Shown here piece after piece: positions 1 to 7,798 of a stretch of DNA of 64,000 nt; position 1 is the stretch's first letter, and the number at the start of each line of letters is the position of its first letter. Source of the DNA: an uncultured bacterium (lineage in GTDB: Bacteria; Patescibacteriota; Minisyncoccia; Phycocordibacterales; Phycocordibacteraceae). A program made the position numbers and the translations under genes. The stretch covers positions 464,682 to 528,681 of the forward strand of contig CAVXAH010000001.1 of NCBI GenBank assembly GCA_963759775.1, read 5' to 3'. The notes below the pieces were generated by a model. The model did no database searches. It was not told where the DNA came from and saw only the letters and a list, made by a program, of their open reading frames with translations.

Positions 1-1
1 C

Positions 2-256
2 GTTATCGCTTTTCCAACCACCCCTTCGCCCGCATTTAAATTCGGAGAAAAAAACGACCCCGTTTCCATGTACCTGGAGGATATTTTTACGGTAACTGCA
101 AACCTGACCGGCATGCCCGCTCTTTCAGTACCAATGGGCACAGTAACGCGCGAAGACAAAGCATTGCCGATCGGAATCCATTTCACTGCGCCGCACCAAG
201 CAGAAGGCCTTTTGTTTGCAGCAGGTATGGAGGTGGAGAAATTACAGAAAGCCTAG
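2..256 (+). CDS. gatA: Glu/Asp-tRNA amidotransferase subunit A, C-terminal fragment (5' end lies outside the window)
   Basis: The frame is open from the window edge. The translation ...PTTPSPAFKFGEKNDPVSMYLEDIFTVTANLTGMPALSVPMG...IGIHFTAP matches the conserved GatA amidase C-terminus. Confidence 0.85.
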   Translation, partial: VIAFPTTPSPAFKFGEKNDPVSMYLEDIFTVTANLTGMPALSVPMGTVTREDKALPIGIHFTAPHQAEGLLFAAGMEVEKLQKA

Positions 257-290
257 TTCTCTGCGGTAGAATAAGGGTGCGTTATATCCC

Positions 291-908
291 ATGGAACAAC
301 AACCCTCGCAAGCGAACGTTGAGTTCTGGTTCCGCCAACTATATGAATTGTGGGGCAGACTCATGGGTCTCGATCCTTCCTCACTTGCCGCATATCTTTC
401 AGGACTATGGAACTGGATTATCGCTATCGGTTACGCCGTCTCCGTTTTTGCCCTTTTCGTCCTCGTGTATGTCATGGTCCGTCTCTTTGAGCTTCGCCGG
501 CGGGAACACGACGAGCTGACGACTCTGATTTCAACAGGCGAGAAAGCGGCAAATACGCGCTGGGCGCACATTGAAGAACTTCTTAAAAGTGGGACGCCAA
601 GCGACCGTCGGCAGGCAATTATTGAGGCGGATATCATGCTTGATGACACGCTCACCAAAGCCGGATATCAAGGCGATACGGTAGGTGATAAATTGAAAGC
701 AATACATCCATCAAATTTGAGTACCCTCCAGAATGCATGGGAAGCGCACAAGGTCCGAAATCAAATCGCGCACGACGGGTCTGCGTTTGACCTCTCTCAA
801 CGCTCGCCCAGCGCACGCTTGCGCGCTACGAGTCAGTCTTCCGAGAACTCAAGGCCATTTAGGCGAAGACCAAAAAATGCAGACCTGCTTTGTTGCGGGT
901 CCCTCTGA
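291..908 (+). CDS. Single-TM hypothetical protein with a C-terminal helical domain; apparent frameshift near 800. The natural C-terminus probably ends at 862 in another frame.
   Basis: TM helix IIAIGYAVSVFALFVLVYVMV. The conserved-looking AWEAHKVRNQIAHDGSAFDLSQR is followed by an Arg/Ser-rich junk tail in frame. The alternate frame from 803 reads LAQRTLARYESVFRELKAI* (stop 860-862). TAGAAT -10 box at 267-272. Confidence 0.6.
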   Translation: MEQQPSQANVEFWFRQLYELWGRLMGLDPSSLAAYLSGLWNWIIAIGYAVSVFALFVLVYVMVRLFELRRREHDELTTLISTGEKAANTRWAHIEELLKSGTPSDRRQAIIEADIMLDDTLTKAGYQGDTVGDKLKAIHPSNLSTLQNAWEAHKVRNQIAHDGSAFDLSQRSPSARLRATSQSSENSRPFRRRPKNADLLCCGSL

Positions 909-1067
909 TTTGCTTTCGTCGTACCACACAGTACGCCTACAGAAATCAGCTTCCCGCGCCTCGCATTTCGGGCATTTTTTGGTCTTCTTGAATACAAAGA
1001 GGTTGCAAAACTTTTTCAGGAAGCGTACCTTAAGAGGTGCGACATATAGCGGGGTAGAGTAATAGTA

Positions 1068-1277
1068 ATTCGCGAGGCTCATAACCTCGAGATGGCCGTG
1101 CAAGTCGGCCCCCCGCAACTAGAAGCAAAAGCCTGGCGTAAAGCGAGGCTTTTGCATTACATAGTTGCGGGGGAGGAAAGCGCCCCCCACAACGCGGTTG
1201 TGCCGCCAGGAACCTTATACACCCAAGTCCCTTGCGCAAATACTTCCTGGAGAGACAATTAAAGTGCCAGCTCTAGT
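1068..1277 (+). promoter_or_regulatory. Structured leader or candidate small RNA upstream of the receiver-only regulator
   Basis: GGGGTAGAGT -10-like box at about 1051-1060. Hairpins: cgagg/cctcg, ggcc/ggcc, and a long one ccccgcaacta...gcaaaagcct-loop-aggcttttgc...tagttgcgggg (about 1110-1172). The alternative pairing ggggg(1168-1172)/ccccc(1183-1188) competes with the long hairpin. Confidence 0.3.
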
Positions 1278-1679
1278 ATGGAAAACGGAAAGACAATTCT
1301 CGTAGTTGAAGACGAAAAAGCACTCCTCAACGTCATCTGTTCGAGGCTGAGTAAGTTTGGTTTCAACGTACTTACTGCTACTTCCGTTGAAGAAGGAATG
1401 AAAATTAACTCGGAGTGGAAAAATATTGATGCTATTTGGCTCGACCATTACTTACCAAATGGAAAGACCGGTCTCGACTTCGTGGCGTATCTTTTTAAGA
1501 GTGGAGGCGTGCGCATTCCCATTTTCATAGTGACCAACTCCGAAGACCCCGCACATCAAAAAGAGTACGCAGAAACGGGTATGGTGAAGGGATATTATTT
1601 AAAGCCAAACTATCGTTTGGATGAAATTATCCAGCAAATCATTAATCACCTTTCAGCTTCTCAAGCCAGCGAGAAATAA
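1278..1679 (+). CDS. Single-domain response regulator (CheY-like receiver only)
   Basis: ILVVEDE...DAIWLDHYLP...IFIVTNSED...YYLKP is a receiver-domain pattern. At 133 aa there is no output domain. Confidence 0.85.
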   Translation: MENGKTILVVEDEKALLNVICSRLSKFGFNVLTATSVEEGMKINSEWKNIDAIWLDHYLPNGKTGLDFVAYLFKSGGVRIPIFIVTNSEDPAHQKEYAETGMVKGYYLKPNYRLDEIIQQIINHLSASQASEK

Positions 1680-1685
1680 ATGATT

Positions 1686-2837
1686 TTAGTCTTCGTCAGA
1701 GATTTGTACCTCGATAGGTAATCGGTTTATGAGGGTGGGGGATTCATGGTCGCGCTCACCATTAGTATCTGCATCGTCATCGCGTTCGGAACCATGCGTG
1801 GAGTTTGTTTCAGTGGTAGTACCAAAAACGTTCACTTTGAGTTTCGCCGACGAGCGAGTAAAAACCTCAAGGCGGGATGTGGTTTTGAGTGAGCGTGTGA
1901 AAGCCTCCTCGGCTCTCACCGGGTCGTTTTGTCCAAGAAATTTTCGACCCTCTGCGGCAAATGCCTCAGCTTCCTTAAGTTCTCTGCGCGCCTCTCTCCG
2001 GCTCGAAGCATCAAGCCCCTTTTCGTTTGAGCCAATCAAATCGGCAGACATACGAAGAGCCTTATCAGTCTCGGTTTTGAGTCGTCCGGCTGAAGAGGTC
2101 GGTTTTTTCTCGACGGATGAAGTGTCCGTCGCCTCAAAGCGAAGCGCCATGACTGCCGGCTCGGCTTTCTTCTTCTCAAGCGCAAGAGAATGGACGTTTT
2201 CTATACGGCCGCGAATAGCGGCACGAAGCACCTTCGTTGACGAGGTATCTGAGTCGCCCTTGACCTGCGCAAGCACATTTTCATATGCTCCAAGTCGCTC
2301 GGCGAACTGGTCTGAGGAGAAATCGGCGTTCTCTCGGTTCTCGTCACGGTCTTCCTCCGCCGCCTCTGCCGCGAGGTTTGCGTTACGGGAAAAACGAATC
2401 GCAAGCGTTTCTTCAGTCGTTTCATCAAGTCTTCCTTCTTTTGCGAGAAGTGACGCTTCATCAAGTCGTCGCTCGGCGAGCGCCATATGGCGCTTCGCTT
2501 TCTCTTTGGTTGAAGTGAAAAGCGTTCGCGCTGGTTCTACAACGGCGACTTTAATGGGATAGAGCACATCGCCAGGAAGTGATCCCTCCGAAGCAAATGC
2601 AACACTACTTCCCGTGAGCGCGAGTATGAGTGTCGCCGCTACACTCGCGAGAGCGGGGCGTCGAAGATAGGTAAAAAAGAGAGTGATACGTCCACTGACG
2701 TAGGAGGTGTCGGCAGCGCGAGGCTTGAATGCCATGTATTCACTAAGCACAAAGCGCATCTTCGCGCGCTCGGCATCCGAAAGCCAGACATCGTGTCCGG
2801 CGCGGTGTATGAGTTTTTCGAAATGAGTCTTTTTCAT
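1686..2837 (-). CDS. Membrane-anchored anti-sigma-like protein (DUF5667-type, coiled-coil rich)
   Basis: I place the start at MKKTHFEKL (ATG 2837), 4 nt after the sigma-factor stop. One TM segment (ALASVAATLILALTG), then the LPGDVLYPIKV motif and a long charged helical region. It lies directly downstream of an ECF sigma gene. Confidence 0.65.
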   Translation of the reverse strand: MKKTHFEKLIHRAGHDVWLSDAERAKMRFVLSEYMAFKPRAADTSYVSGRITLFFTYLRRPALASVAATLILALTGSSVAFASEGSLPGDVLYPIKVAVVEPARTLFTSTKEKAKRHMALAERRLDEASLLAKEGRLDETTEETLAIRFSRNANLAAEAAEEDRDENRENADFSSDQFAERLGAYENVLAQVKGDSDTSSTKVLRAAIRGRIENVHSLALEKKKAEPAVMALRFEATDTSSVEKKPTSSAGRLKTETDKALRMSADLIGSNEKGLDASSRREARRELKEAEAFAAEGRKFLGQNDPVRAEEAFTRSLKTTSRLEVFTRSSAKLKVNVFGTTTETNSTHGSERDDDADTNGERDHESPTLINRLPIEVQISDED

Positions 2838-2841
2838 GGCG

Positions 2842-3438
2842 TTATATAAGTGGACTGCACAGTTCTCGAAGTCGCGCGATGCCGCGATGAATACGTACCG
2901 ACGCCACATTTTCTGATACTTGAAGGACCGCGGCGATTTCCTTCGGGGATAAATCGTCAATATAGCGGAGGGTTACGGCTTCGCGAAGTGTTTCGGGAAG
3001 TTGTGGAATCAAGCTACGAATCTTCTCAACAAGAAGAGCATCACTCAATTGCCCCTCCTTCTCATTTCGACTACCCACTAAAAGAAGTTCGCTCGCTGCT
3101 ACCGGATTGTTTTCAGTGAGGGTATCAAGTGACTCCTCTTTCGCTTTTCGGTACTCATCAATAATGAGATTGTTGAGAATTCGGTAGAGAAAGCTTTTAT
3201 GGCTTCGGATTTCTCCTCCGGTCCGCGCGTATTCCCACGCCTTAAGGAATGTTTCTTGAGTGAGGTCCGCGGCACGTTCTCGGCCCGAAAGACGAAAGGA
3301 CGCATGTCGGAATAAAGCGTCGGCATGCGCATCAAACGCTTCAAGAAACGCTTGCTCAAAGGAAGTTGACATGCGAGATATATCCCCTAAACGGGTTGCC
3401 TCTATCATACTCCTTGCATACATAGGTAGTGCTTGCAT
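2842..3438 (-). CDS. ECF-type RNA polymerase sigma-70 family factor
   Basis: Region 2 (DLTQETFLKAWEY...FLYRILNNLIIDEYRK) and region 4 (LPETLREAVTLRYIDDLSPKEIAAVLQVSENVASVRIHRGIARLRE). The likely true start is ATG 3372 (MSTSFEQ), which has an AGGGGA Shine-Dalgarno upstream. Confidence 0.85.
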   Translation of the reverse strand: MQALPMYARSMIEATRLGDISRMSTSFEQAFLEAFDAHADALFRHASFRLSGRERAADLTQETFLKAWEYARTGGEIRSHKSFLYRILNNLIIDEYRKAKEESLDTLTENNPVAASELLLVGSRNEKEGQLSDALLVEKIRSLIPQLPETLREAVTLRYIDDLSPKEIAAVLQVSENVASVRIHRGIARLRELCSPLI

Positions 3439-3443
3439 GAAGA

Positions 3444-4001
3444 TTAATCAGCTTCCGCCCCCGCTTGGCTTAGAAGTGTTGCGTGAAGCGCGTTCAGAAG
3501 GCGTATTTCTGCATCTGACGAGAACGCGGCCGAACTTTTGGTCGTGGTCCCGACATACTGGTCGGCAACAGCCTCCGTCCTCACTTTAAGTGCGGTTCCA
3601 TCGGTTGCCATGAGGAAGCTGTACCAAGGATATTTCACCGCCGTATTACCGGACGCATGAACGGATACGCGCACGGGCACGTGCACGGTAATAAATCCGA
3701 ACAACTTGGCTCTCTGGCGATAGGTAAGTGCTACCGCATCTTCAGACAAGACAACTGCGGAAATGTTTGAATCTTTCTTCATAATCGCGCGTACACGAGC
3801 CTCAAAGTCGGCTTGCGCCGAGGCGGTCCCCGTCGTTTGTGTTGAAGAGGTCGCACCAACCTCGCCTTGGGTGATGACGACAGGAGTAAACTCAACGTCG
3901 GCGTTCGCTGAAAGGGCAACACTCGACTCCGCGTAGGCCGCGGCTGGAGCAAGGAGGAGCGAGCCGAGAAGAAGCTGTGCAATAAGGGTATAGATACGCA
4001 T
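3444..4001 (-). CDS. Secreted hypothetical protein, first gene of the sigma/anti-sigma operon
   Basis: Signal peptide MRIYTLIAQLLLGSLLLAPAAAYA. Same strand as the sigma gene, with a 5-nt gap before it. Confidence 0.6.
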   Translation of the reverse strand: MRIYTLIAQLLLGSLLLAPAAAYAESSVALSANADVEFTPVVITQGEVGATSSTQTTGTASAQADFEARVRAIMKKDSNISAVVLSEDAVALTYRQRAKLFGFITVHVPVRVSVHASGNTAVKYPWYSFLMATDGTALKVRTEAVADQYVGTTTKSSAAFSSDAEIRLLNALHATLLSQAGAEAD

Positions 4002-4180
4002 AGGATGAAATAAGGTTTAGACCCCGTGGGGGGCTTACGGTATATGACGAATGAAAGAAAGCGTACTTACTACCAAGCGAGCCGAATTACGAGCGTGCGT
4101 CTGCGCACGTTGCGTGTGAGGCGAGCACAGGAAGAAGGCTCTGCTACTACCAATATTCAAGGCTTACCATGTGTGTATGT

Positions 4181-4231
4181 AAAACGCCGGAGGGGCCGTA
4201 TGCATGAAGTCATGCCTACGACCCCTCCGGC
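4181..4231 (-). terminator. Strong hairpin plus U-tract downstream of the histidine kinase operon
   Basis: On the minus strand: gccggagggg...(inner gcatg/catgc)...cccctccggc followed by GTTTTAC. It lies about 170 nt after the kinase stop. Confidence 0.5.
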
Positions 4232-4398
4232 TACGCGTTTATCCTCTCAAGAAGGAGAAAGTTCGCGGTTGGATTGGTGCTATGCATATGAGGCACACTC
4301 CTTAATCCAATAATGCGTCCCGTACGACAAGTAATGATAATAATCTCCCGCCCAAGAAGTGAGATTAGCGCAGGGGGAGTGAAGGGGGGATGAATGTT

Positions 4399-5574
4399 TT
4401 AATTCTTTCGTTTTTTCTCCCGGTTTAGAAAATTTGCAGATACTTCGTTCATGGAAGGCTCTTCTTTGACGTTGACGGAGACGTTTTCTCCGGGCGGTAC
4501 CGTCACGACAACGTGCGTTCCATGCCCCGGAGCGCTTTGAATGTTTACGCGCCCGTGGTGAAGCCGTACGAGCTCGCTGACAATGGCGAGTCCAAGTCCA
4601 GAACCCGATCCACCGGTTCTGGTGCGGGCACTGTTGCCACGATAGAAAGGTTCGAAAATGTGGAGCAAATCTTCACGTTTTATTCCATCGCCCGTATCGC
4701 GCGTAATGAATTCAATAAATCCATGCGAGTCTTGCGCGATCGTAATGACAATTTCTCCTGAAGCAGTATGTTGAACTGCGTTTTTAATAATGTTGACCGC
4801 AATTTGTTCAAGGGCGGTCACATTGCCCCACACCACACGTTCTTTTGCTACTTTTATTCGTATCCGAAGCCCTTTGCGATGTACGAGGTAGGAAAGCTTA
4901 TCAACGATGCGATACACCACTTTCCCAAGGTCCACGTTTGTGAACGAAATTTTTTCCGGACGCACAAGCGCGTTCAAGGTAAGAAGATTGTTGATGATAT
5001 CGGAGATTCGATCCAGTTCTTCAAGATTGCTTTTATGTATCTTACGTGCCACTTCTGGTACATCCGGATCAAGAAGCCGCACCTCGATATTGGTTTTAAT
5101 TATTGAAAGGGGAGTCCGGAGTTCATGGGCAATGTTCCCGACAAATTGCTTTTGAGTAGTGAGTGCACTTTTAGTGGGGGCGAGGGCATATTTTGCGACC
5201 AAGTAACCAAACAAAATGGTGCACAGAGTAATCAGGACAGATACCCCCATGATTTGCTGGGTTCGTGTCTCGCGTATGGTGTCCATAATGCCGCCCGGTC
5301 CAAACGGCGTTGAGCTTGAGGTAGCGGCAGTCGTGAGCGCGGTCGTGATGCCGTTTACGGTATTGTGATAGAGCACGATGAGCGAGCCGACCGTGAGAAA
5401 GAGGATTATGACGGCATAGATAACATGGAGACCAATGATGTTGACCTCCGTACGGACGAAAAAGTCTTCTCGATATTTACGCGCGAAGGCGGTAACCAAT
5501 GCCGCGAACCGTTTCCAGTACTCCTTCGCTATTGTTGGGATCAAGTTTTCGTCTGAGGTTTTTAACATGGACAT
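4399..5574 (-). CDS. Sensor histidine kinase (2 TM, HisKA + HATPase_c)
   Basis: H-box FVGNIAHELRTPLS, N-box IIKNAVQHT, G-boxes RDTGDGI and GGSGSGLGLAIV. The longest ORF overlaps the upstream regulator by 98 nt, so the true start may lie further downstream (for example TTG 5499). Confidence 0.85.
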   Translation of the reverse strand: MSMLKTSDENLIPTIAKEYWKRFAALVTAFARKYREDFFVRTEVNIIGLHVIYAVIILFLTVGSLIVLYHNTVNGITTALTTAATSSSTPFGPGGIMDTIRETRTQQIMGVSVLITLCTILFGYLVAKYALAPTKSALTTQKQFVGNIAHELRTPLSIIKTNIEVRLLDPDVPEVARKIHKSNLEELDRISDIINNLLTLNALVRPEKISFTNVDLGKVVYRIVDKLSYLVHRKGLRIRIKVAKERVVWGNVTALEQIAVNIIKNAVQHTASGEIVITIAQDSHGFIEFITRDTGDGIKREDLLHIFEPFYRGNSARTRTGGSGSGLGLAIVSELVRLHHGRVNIQSAPGHGTHVVVTVPPGENVSVNVKEEPSMNEVSANFLNREKKRKN

Positions 5575-6151
5575 CTATAACGTTGCTAAAGGACTCGTAG
5601 TTGAAGTCCCACAAGTGCGTTAAAAGATCTTCTCGGTTTACCACTTCGTTTGGGTGTCGAAGAAAATACTCAAGGAGTCCAAATTCTTTGAGCGTGAGCG
5701 AAATAGGTTCTCCGTCTTTATGAACCGTATGCTCTGCCGCACTAAGTTCAATGGTGCCGACCCGAATAGTTTCCGGAAGCGCATCGTGTGGGCGGCGCAT
5801 GAGCGCCTGGATGCGTGCAACCAATTCCTCAAACGCGAACGGCTTAACGAGGTAGTCGTCCGCACCGGAAAGAAGAAGTTGTACTTTGGTTTCCGTTTCA
5901 GCCCGCGCCGTGAGCACCAGGATAGGGGTAACGATGTTGCGGGCACGCATCTCGCGACAAATGGCGTAGCCATCAAGTGAAGGGAGCATAAGGTCAAGAA
6001 TCACCAAATCGTAGTCCTTGTGATGGAGCGAGATTCTGGTAAGTGCCTTTTCCCCATCATCAATCGTGTCAACCGCAAACCCCTTCGCCGCAAGGCCACG
6101 TGAAATGACGTCAGCAAGCTTCTTTTCGTCTTCTACGAGTAATATGCGCAT
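5477..6151 (-). CDS. OmpR-family response regulator
   Basis: MRILLVEDEKKLADVI...DLVILDLMLP...LVLTA...YLVKPF receiver, plus a winged-helix C-terminus (LTLKEFGLLEYFLRHPNEVVNRE...VRGIGYRLRA). The start is set at MRILLVEDE. Confidence 0.9.
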   Translation of the reverse strand: MRILLVEDEKKLADVISRGLAAKGFAVDTIDDGEKALTRISLHHKDYDLVILDLMLPSLDGYAICREMRARNIVTPILVLTARAETETKVQLLLSGADDYLVKPFAFEELVARIQALMRRPHDALPETIRVGTIELSAAEHTVHKDGEPISLTLKEFGLLEYFLRHPNEVVNREDLLTHLWDFNYESFSNVIDVHVKNLRRKLDPNNSEGVLETVRGIGYRLRA

Positions 6152-6294
6152 GGTGTCCTTAATTAGTATACCCCTCAAGTATAGAGGGAAGGGCAGTGAA
6201 GACTTCATGAAGAGCTTCATCTTTGAAGGCGTACATAAGGAGGATTTATTACCTAAACAGGCAATTTCCCATAAATGCCCGTGAAAACGTCTTG

Positions 6295-6368
6295 TGTCGA
6301 GGGTGGGAGTCGAACCCACGACCTTAGCGTTATGAATGCTACGCTCTTACCAACTGAGCTACCCCGAC
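6295..6368 (-). tRNA. tRNA with CAT anticodon (elongator Met or Ile2; not initiator-like)
   Basis: Reverse complement GTCGGGGTAGCTCAGTTGGTAAGAGCGTAGCATTCATAACGCTAAGGTCGTGGGTTCGACTCCCACCCTCGACA folds as a cloverleaf. Anticodon loop TTCATAA. G1-C72 is paired. Confidence 0.9.
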
Positions 6369-6414
6369 AAGTGAGGAAAGAGATGAACGTCCTCGTTTAT
6401 ATCTTCCGAACGCC

Positions 6415-6440
6415 GTTGGGGCAAGCCTACTTACCCCGAC
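6415..6440 (-). other. Acceptor-stem mimic hairpin in the tRNA(CAT) leader
   Basis: Minus-strand CTTGTCGGGGTAAGTAGGCTTGCCCCAAC. Its first 12 nt are identical to the -3..+9 region of the tRNA that starts 72 nt downstream. Confidence 0.5.
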
Positions 6441-6564
6441 AAGCGGACACTAAGAAAACTAGCATATTTTCTTGTACGAACGAACTAGAGTACAGTCCCA
6501 CCTATCAGCACACGACATTTTTGAGGGTTTTTGGTAGGATGGCCCATACCTGCAAAGGTAGGTT

Positions 6565-6595
6565 GCGGGAGTAAGTCCTACGGGCTTGCTCCCGC
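6565..6595 (+). other. Acceptor-stem mimic hairpin in the tRNA-Asp leader
   Basis: TTGCGGGAGTAAGTCCTACGGGCTTGCTCCCGC. 11 nt (TTGCGGGAGTA) are identical to the tRNA-Asp 5' end 84 nt downstream. The hairpin stem is 7 bp. Confidence 0.5.
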
Positions 6596-6648
6596 TGCAT
6601 TCGGTCGGACAAGAAAAGAGAACAGCCTTTTCTTGTCCTCCCTCATTT

Positions 6649-6722
6649 GCGGGAGTAGCTCAATTGGTTAGAGCGCGTCCCTGTCACGGACGAGGCTGCG
6701 GGTTCAAGTCCCGTCTCTCGCG
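6649..6722 (+). tRNA. tRNA-Asp (GTC)
   Basis: GCGGGAGTAGCTCAATTGGTTAGAGCGCGTCCCTGTCACGGACGAGGCTGCGGGTTCAAGTCCCGTCTCTCGCG. Anticodon loop CTGTCAC. Confidence 0.92.
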
Positions 6723-6726
6723 CAAG

Positions 6727-6758
6727 ACACAAAACCCCGTGAGGGGTTTTGTGCTTTA
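6727..6758 (+). terminator. Intrinsic terminator after tRNA-Asp
   Basis: acacaaaacccc-gtga-ggggttttgtg followed by cttt. Confidence 0.6.
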
Positions 6759-6924
6759 GCGAGAGAAGCAGGCGGAGCTTGCGTCGGGACTTGAACGGCT
6801 TGACGATGATTTCCGAGCACGGAAATCCGTCGAGCCATGGCCGAGCGGAGCGCCGAGTGACGACGAGGCGCGAGCGCTTGGCCAAGCCCGTCTCTCGCCC
6901 ATCTATCTGCTATCATGTTTCTTT

Positions 6925-7266
6925 ATGGACGGATTTCATCACTTACGAGGACGTGCCCGGCTTCCAAGTCGTCTCGGGGAACACCTCGAGCCATTTCCCG
7001 CGGAGAGTTTTTTCAAGAAGAATCTCGACTACCTTATGTACGGTGTCGGGATTCTGGCCCCGTTCGCACTTCTCCCTCAAATCATTCAGATTTATTCTAC
7101 GCAAAGCGCCTCGGGTCTCTCACTCGTTACATGGTCCTTGCTCGTCACGTTCAACCTATTATGGGCAACGTACGGGTTTGCTCACAAGGAAGCGCACATT
7201 CTTCTCGCAAACGCGTTCATGGCGCTTTTTAACCTCACTATCGTAATCGGAATTTTGATGTATTGA
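6925..7266 (+). CDS. SemiSWEET / PQ-loop small sugar-transporter family protein (3 TM)
   Basis: PQ motif LLPQIIQIYSTQSASGLSL plus two further TM helices. The true start may be ATG 7036 (MYGVGILAPF). Confidence 0.6.
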   Translation: MDGFHHLRGRARLPSRLGEHLEPFPAESFFKKNLDYLMYGVGILAPFALLPQIIQIYSTQSASGLSLVTWSLLVTFNLLWATYGFAHKEAHILLANAFMALFNLTIVIGILMY

Positions 7267-7271
7267 CCCGG

Positions 7272-7640
7272 TTAGGAGCGGCCGTATCTGTCCTCAAGCC
7301 GAGTAATATCTTTCTCGTCAAAATCGCCAAACGCAATTTCAAGAAATATAAGGCGATCGTCTTTGCATTCAACTCGATGTTGCATACCCGCTTTTATGAA
7401 AAATGAGTCCCCAACCTTGGCTTCCTTGGTAGTGTCTCCAGCCGTTACGAGACCGCTTCCCGTAAGCACATACCAAAACTCATCTCGGTGCGTATGAGTT
7501 TGTAAGCTGAACGCTTGACCGGCATTCACCGTGATCATTTTAACCGTCGTCTTTTCGTTCAAGGTAAAACGTTCAAAAGTACCCCACGGGCGTGTTTCTT
7601 TGTCGTGAGAACTGAGTCCTTCCATAGGGGAAGTATACAA
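7272..7640 (-). CDS. Cupin-domain protein, type II phosphomannose isomerase-like
   Basis: RPWGTFERF...VKMITVNAGQAFSLQTHTHRDEFWYVLTGSG...MQHRVEC...ITRLEDRYGR is the classic ManC C-terminal cupin signature. Confidence 0.8.
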   Translation of the reverse strand: MYTSPMEGLSSHDKETRPWGTFERFTLNEKTTVKMITVNAGQAFSLQTHTHRDEFWYVLTGSGLVTAGDTTKEAKVGDSFFIKAGMQHRVECKDDRLIFLEIAFGDFDEKDITRLEDRYGRS

Positions 7641-7798
7641 GATTTTTTAAACAGGATTGAAAAGCGTGGAGAAATAACGTACTCTCGGGGAGTCGAACGA
7701 AATCGCCGCTGTAAGCTTTTCCTCTCGGATTCGGAAAAGCTTTCCTCGGGCTCGTTCGGCGCTCAAGAATGTACCAACACATTCTTGATGCCTCACTC

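Noticed and set aside
1168-1190. GAGGAAAG motifs (here and at 6373-6380) as possible RNase P RNA P4 strands.
   Set aside because: The consensus is GAGGAAAGUCC followed by about 300 nt of conserved structure. Here the motif is followed by GCGCC or AGATG, and protein-coding or tRNA genes begin within about 100 nt.
1729-2562. A 277-aa plus-strand ORF.
   Set aside because: It is antisense to the anti-sigma-like gene, which sits in operon context with the sigma factor. Its product is Ser/Arg-rich and low-complexity.
4002-4398. A ~400-nt gap containing ORF 4026-4313 and a GGGGGGCTTACGG...GACGAATG stretch that looked superficially like a tmRNA 5' end. A GGAGAAAGTTCGCGG stretch also looked RNase-P-P4-like.
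   Set aside because: There is no T-arm (GGTTCGA) and no ACCA-ending acceptor partner. No plausible tag-peptide reading frame ends in a typical ...LAA stop. The P4-like and ACAGGAAGAAGGCT motifs are in the wrong order. The ORF product is Arg-rich and low-complexity. The clearest element is a terminator hairpin for the upstream kinase operon on the minus strand.
5477-6319. A 56-aa N-terminal extension of the response-regulator ORF that reaches into the tRNA(CAT) gene.
   Set aside because: The receiver domain begins at MRILLVEDE (ATG 6151). The extension overlaps the tRNA and has no homology-like features.
6780-6905. TGGCCGAGCGG (a Ser/Leu-type D-loop motif) together with tRNA-like ends, suggesting a class II tRNA on either strand.
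   Set aside because: I could not build an acceptor stem, an anticodon arm or a T-arm in either orientation. I treat the region as a mosaic of tRNA fragments.
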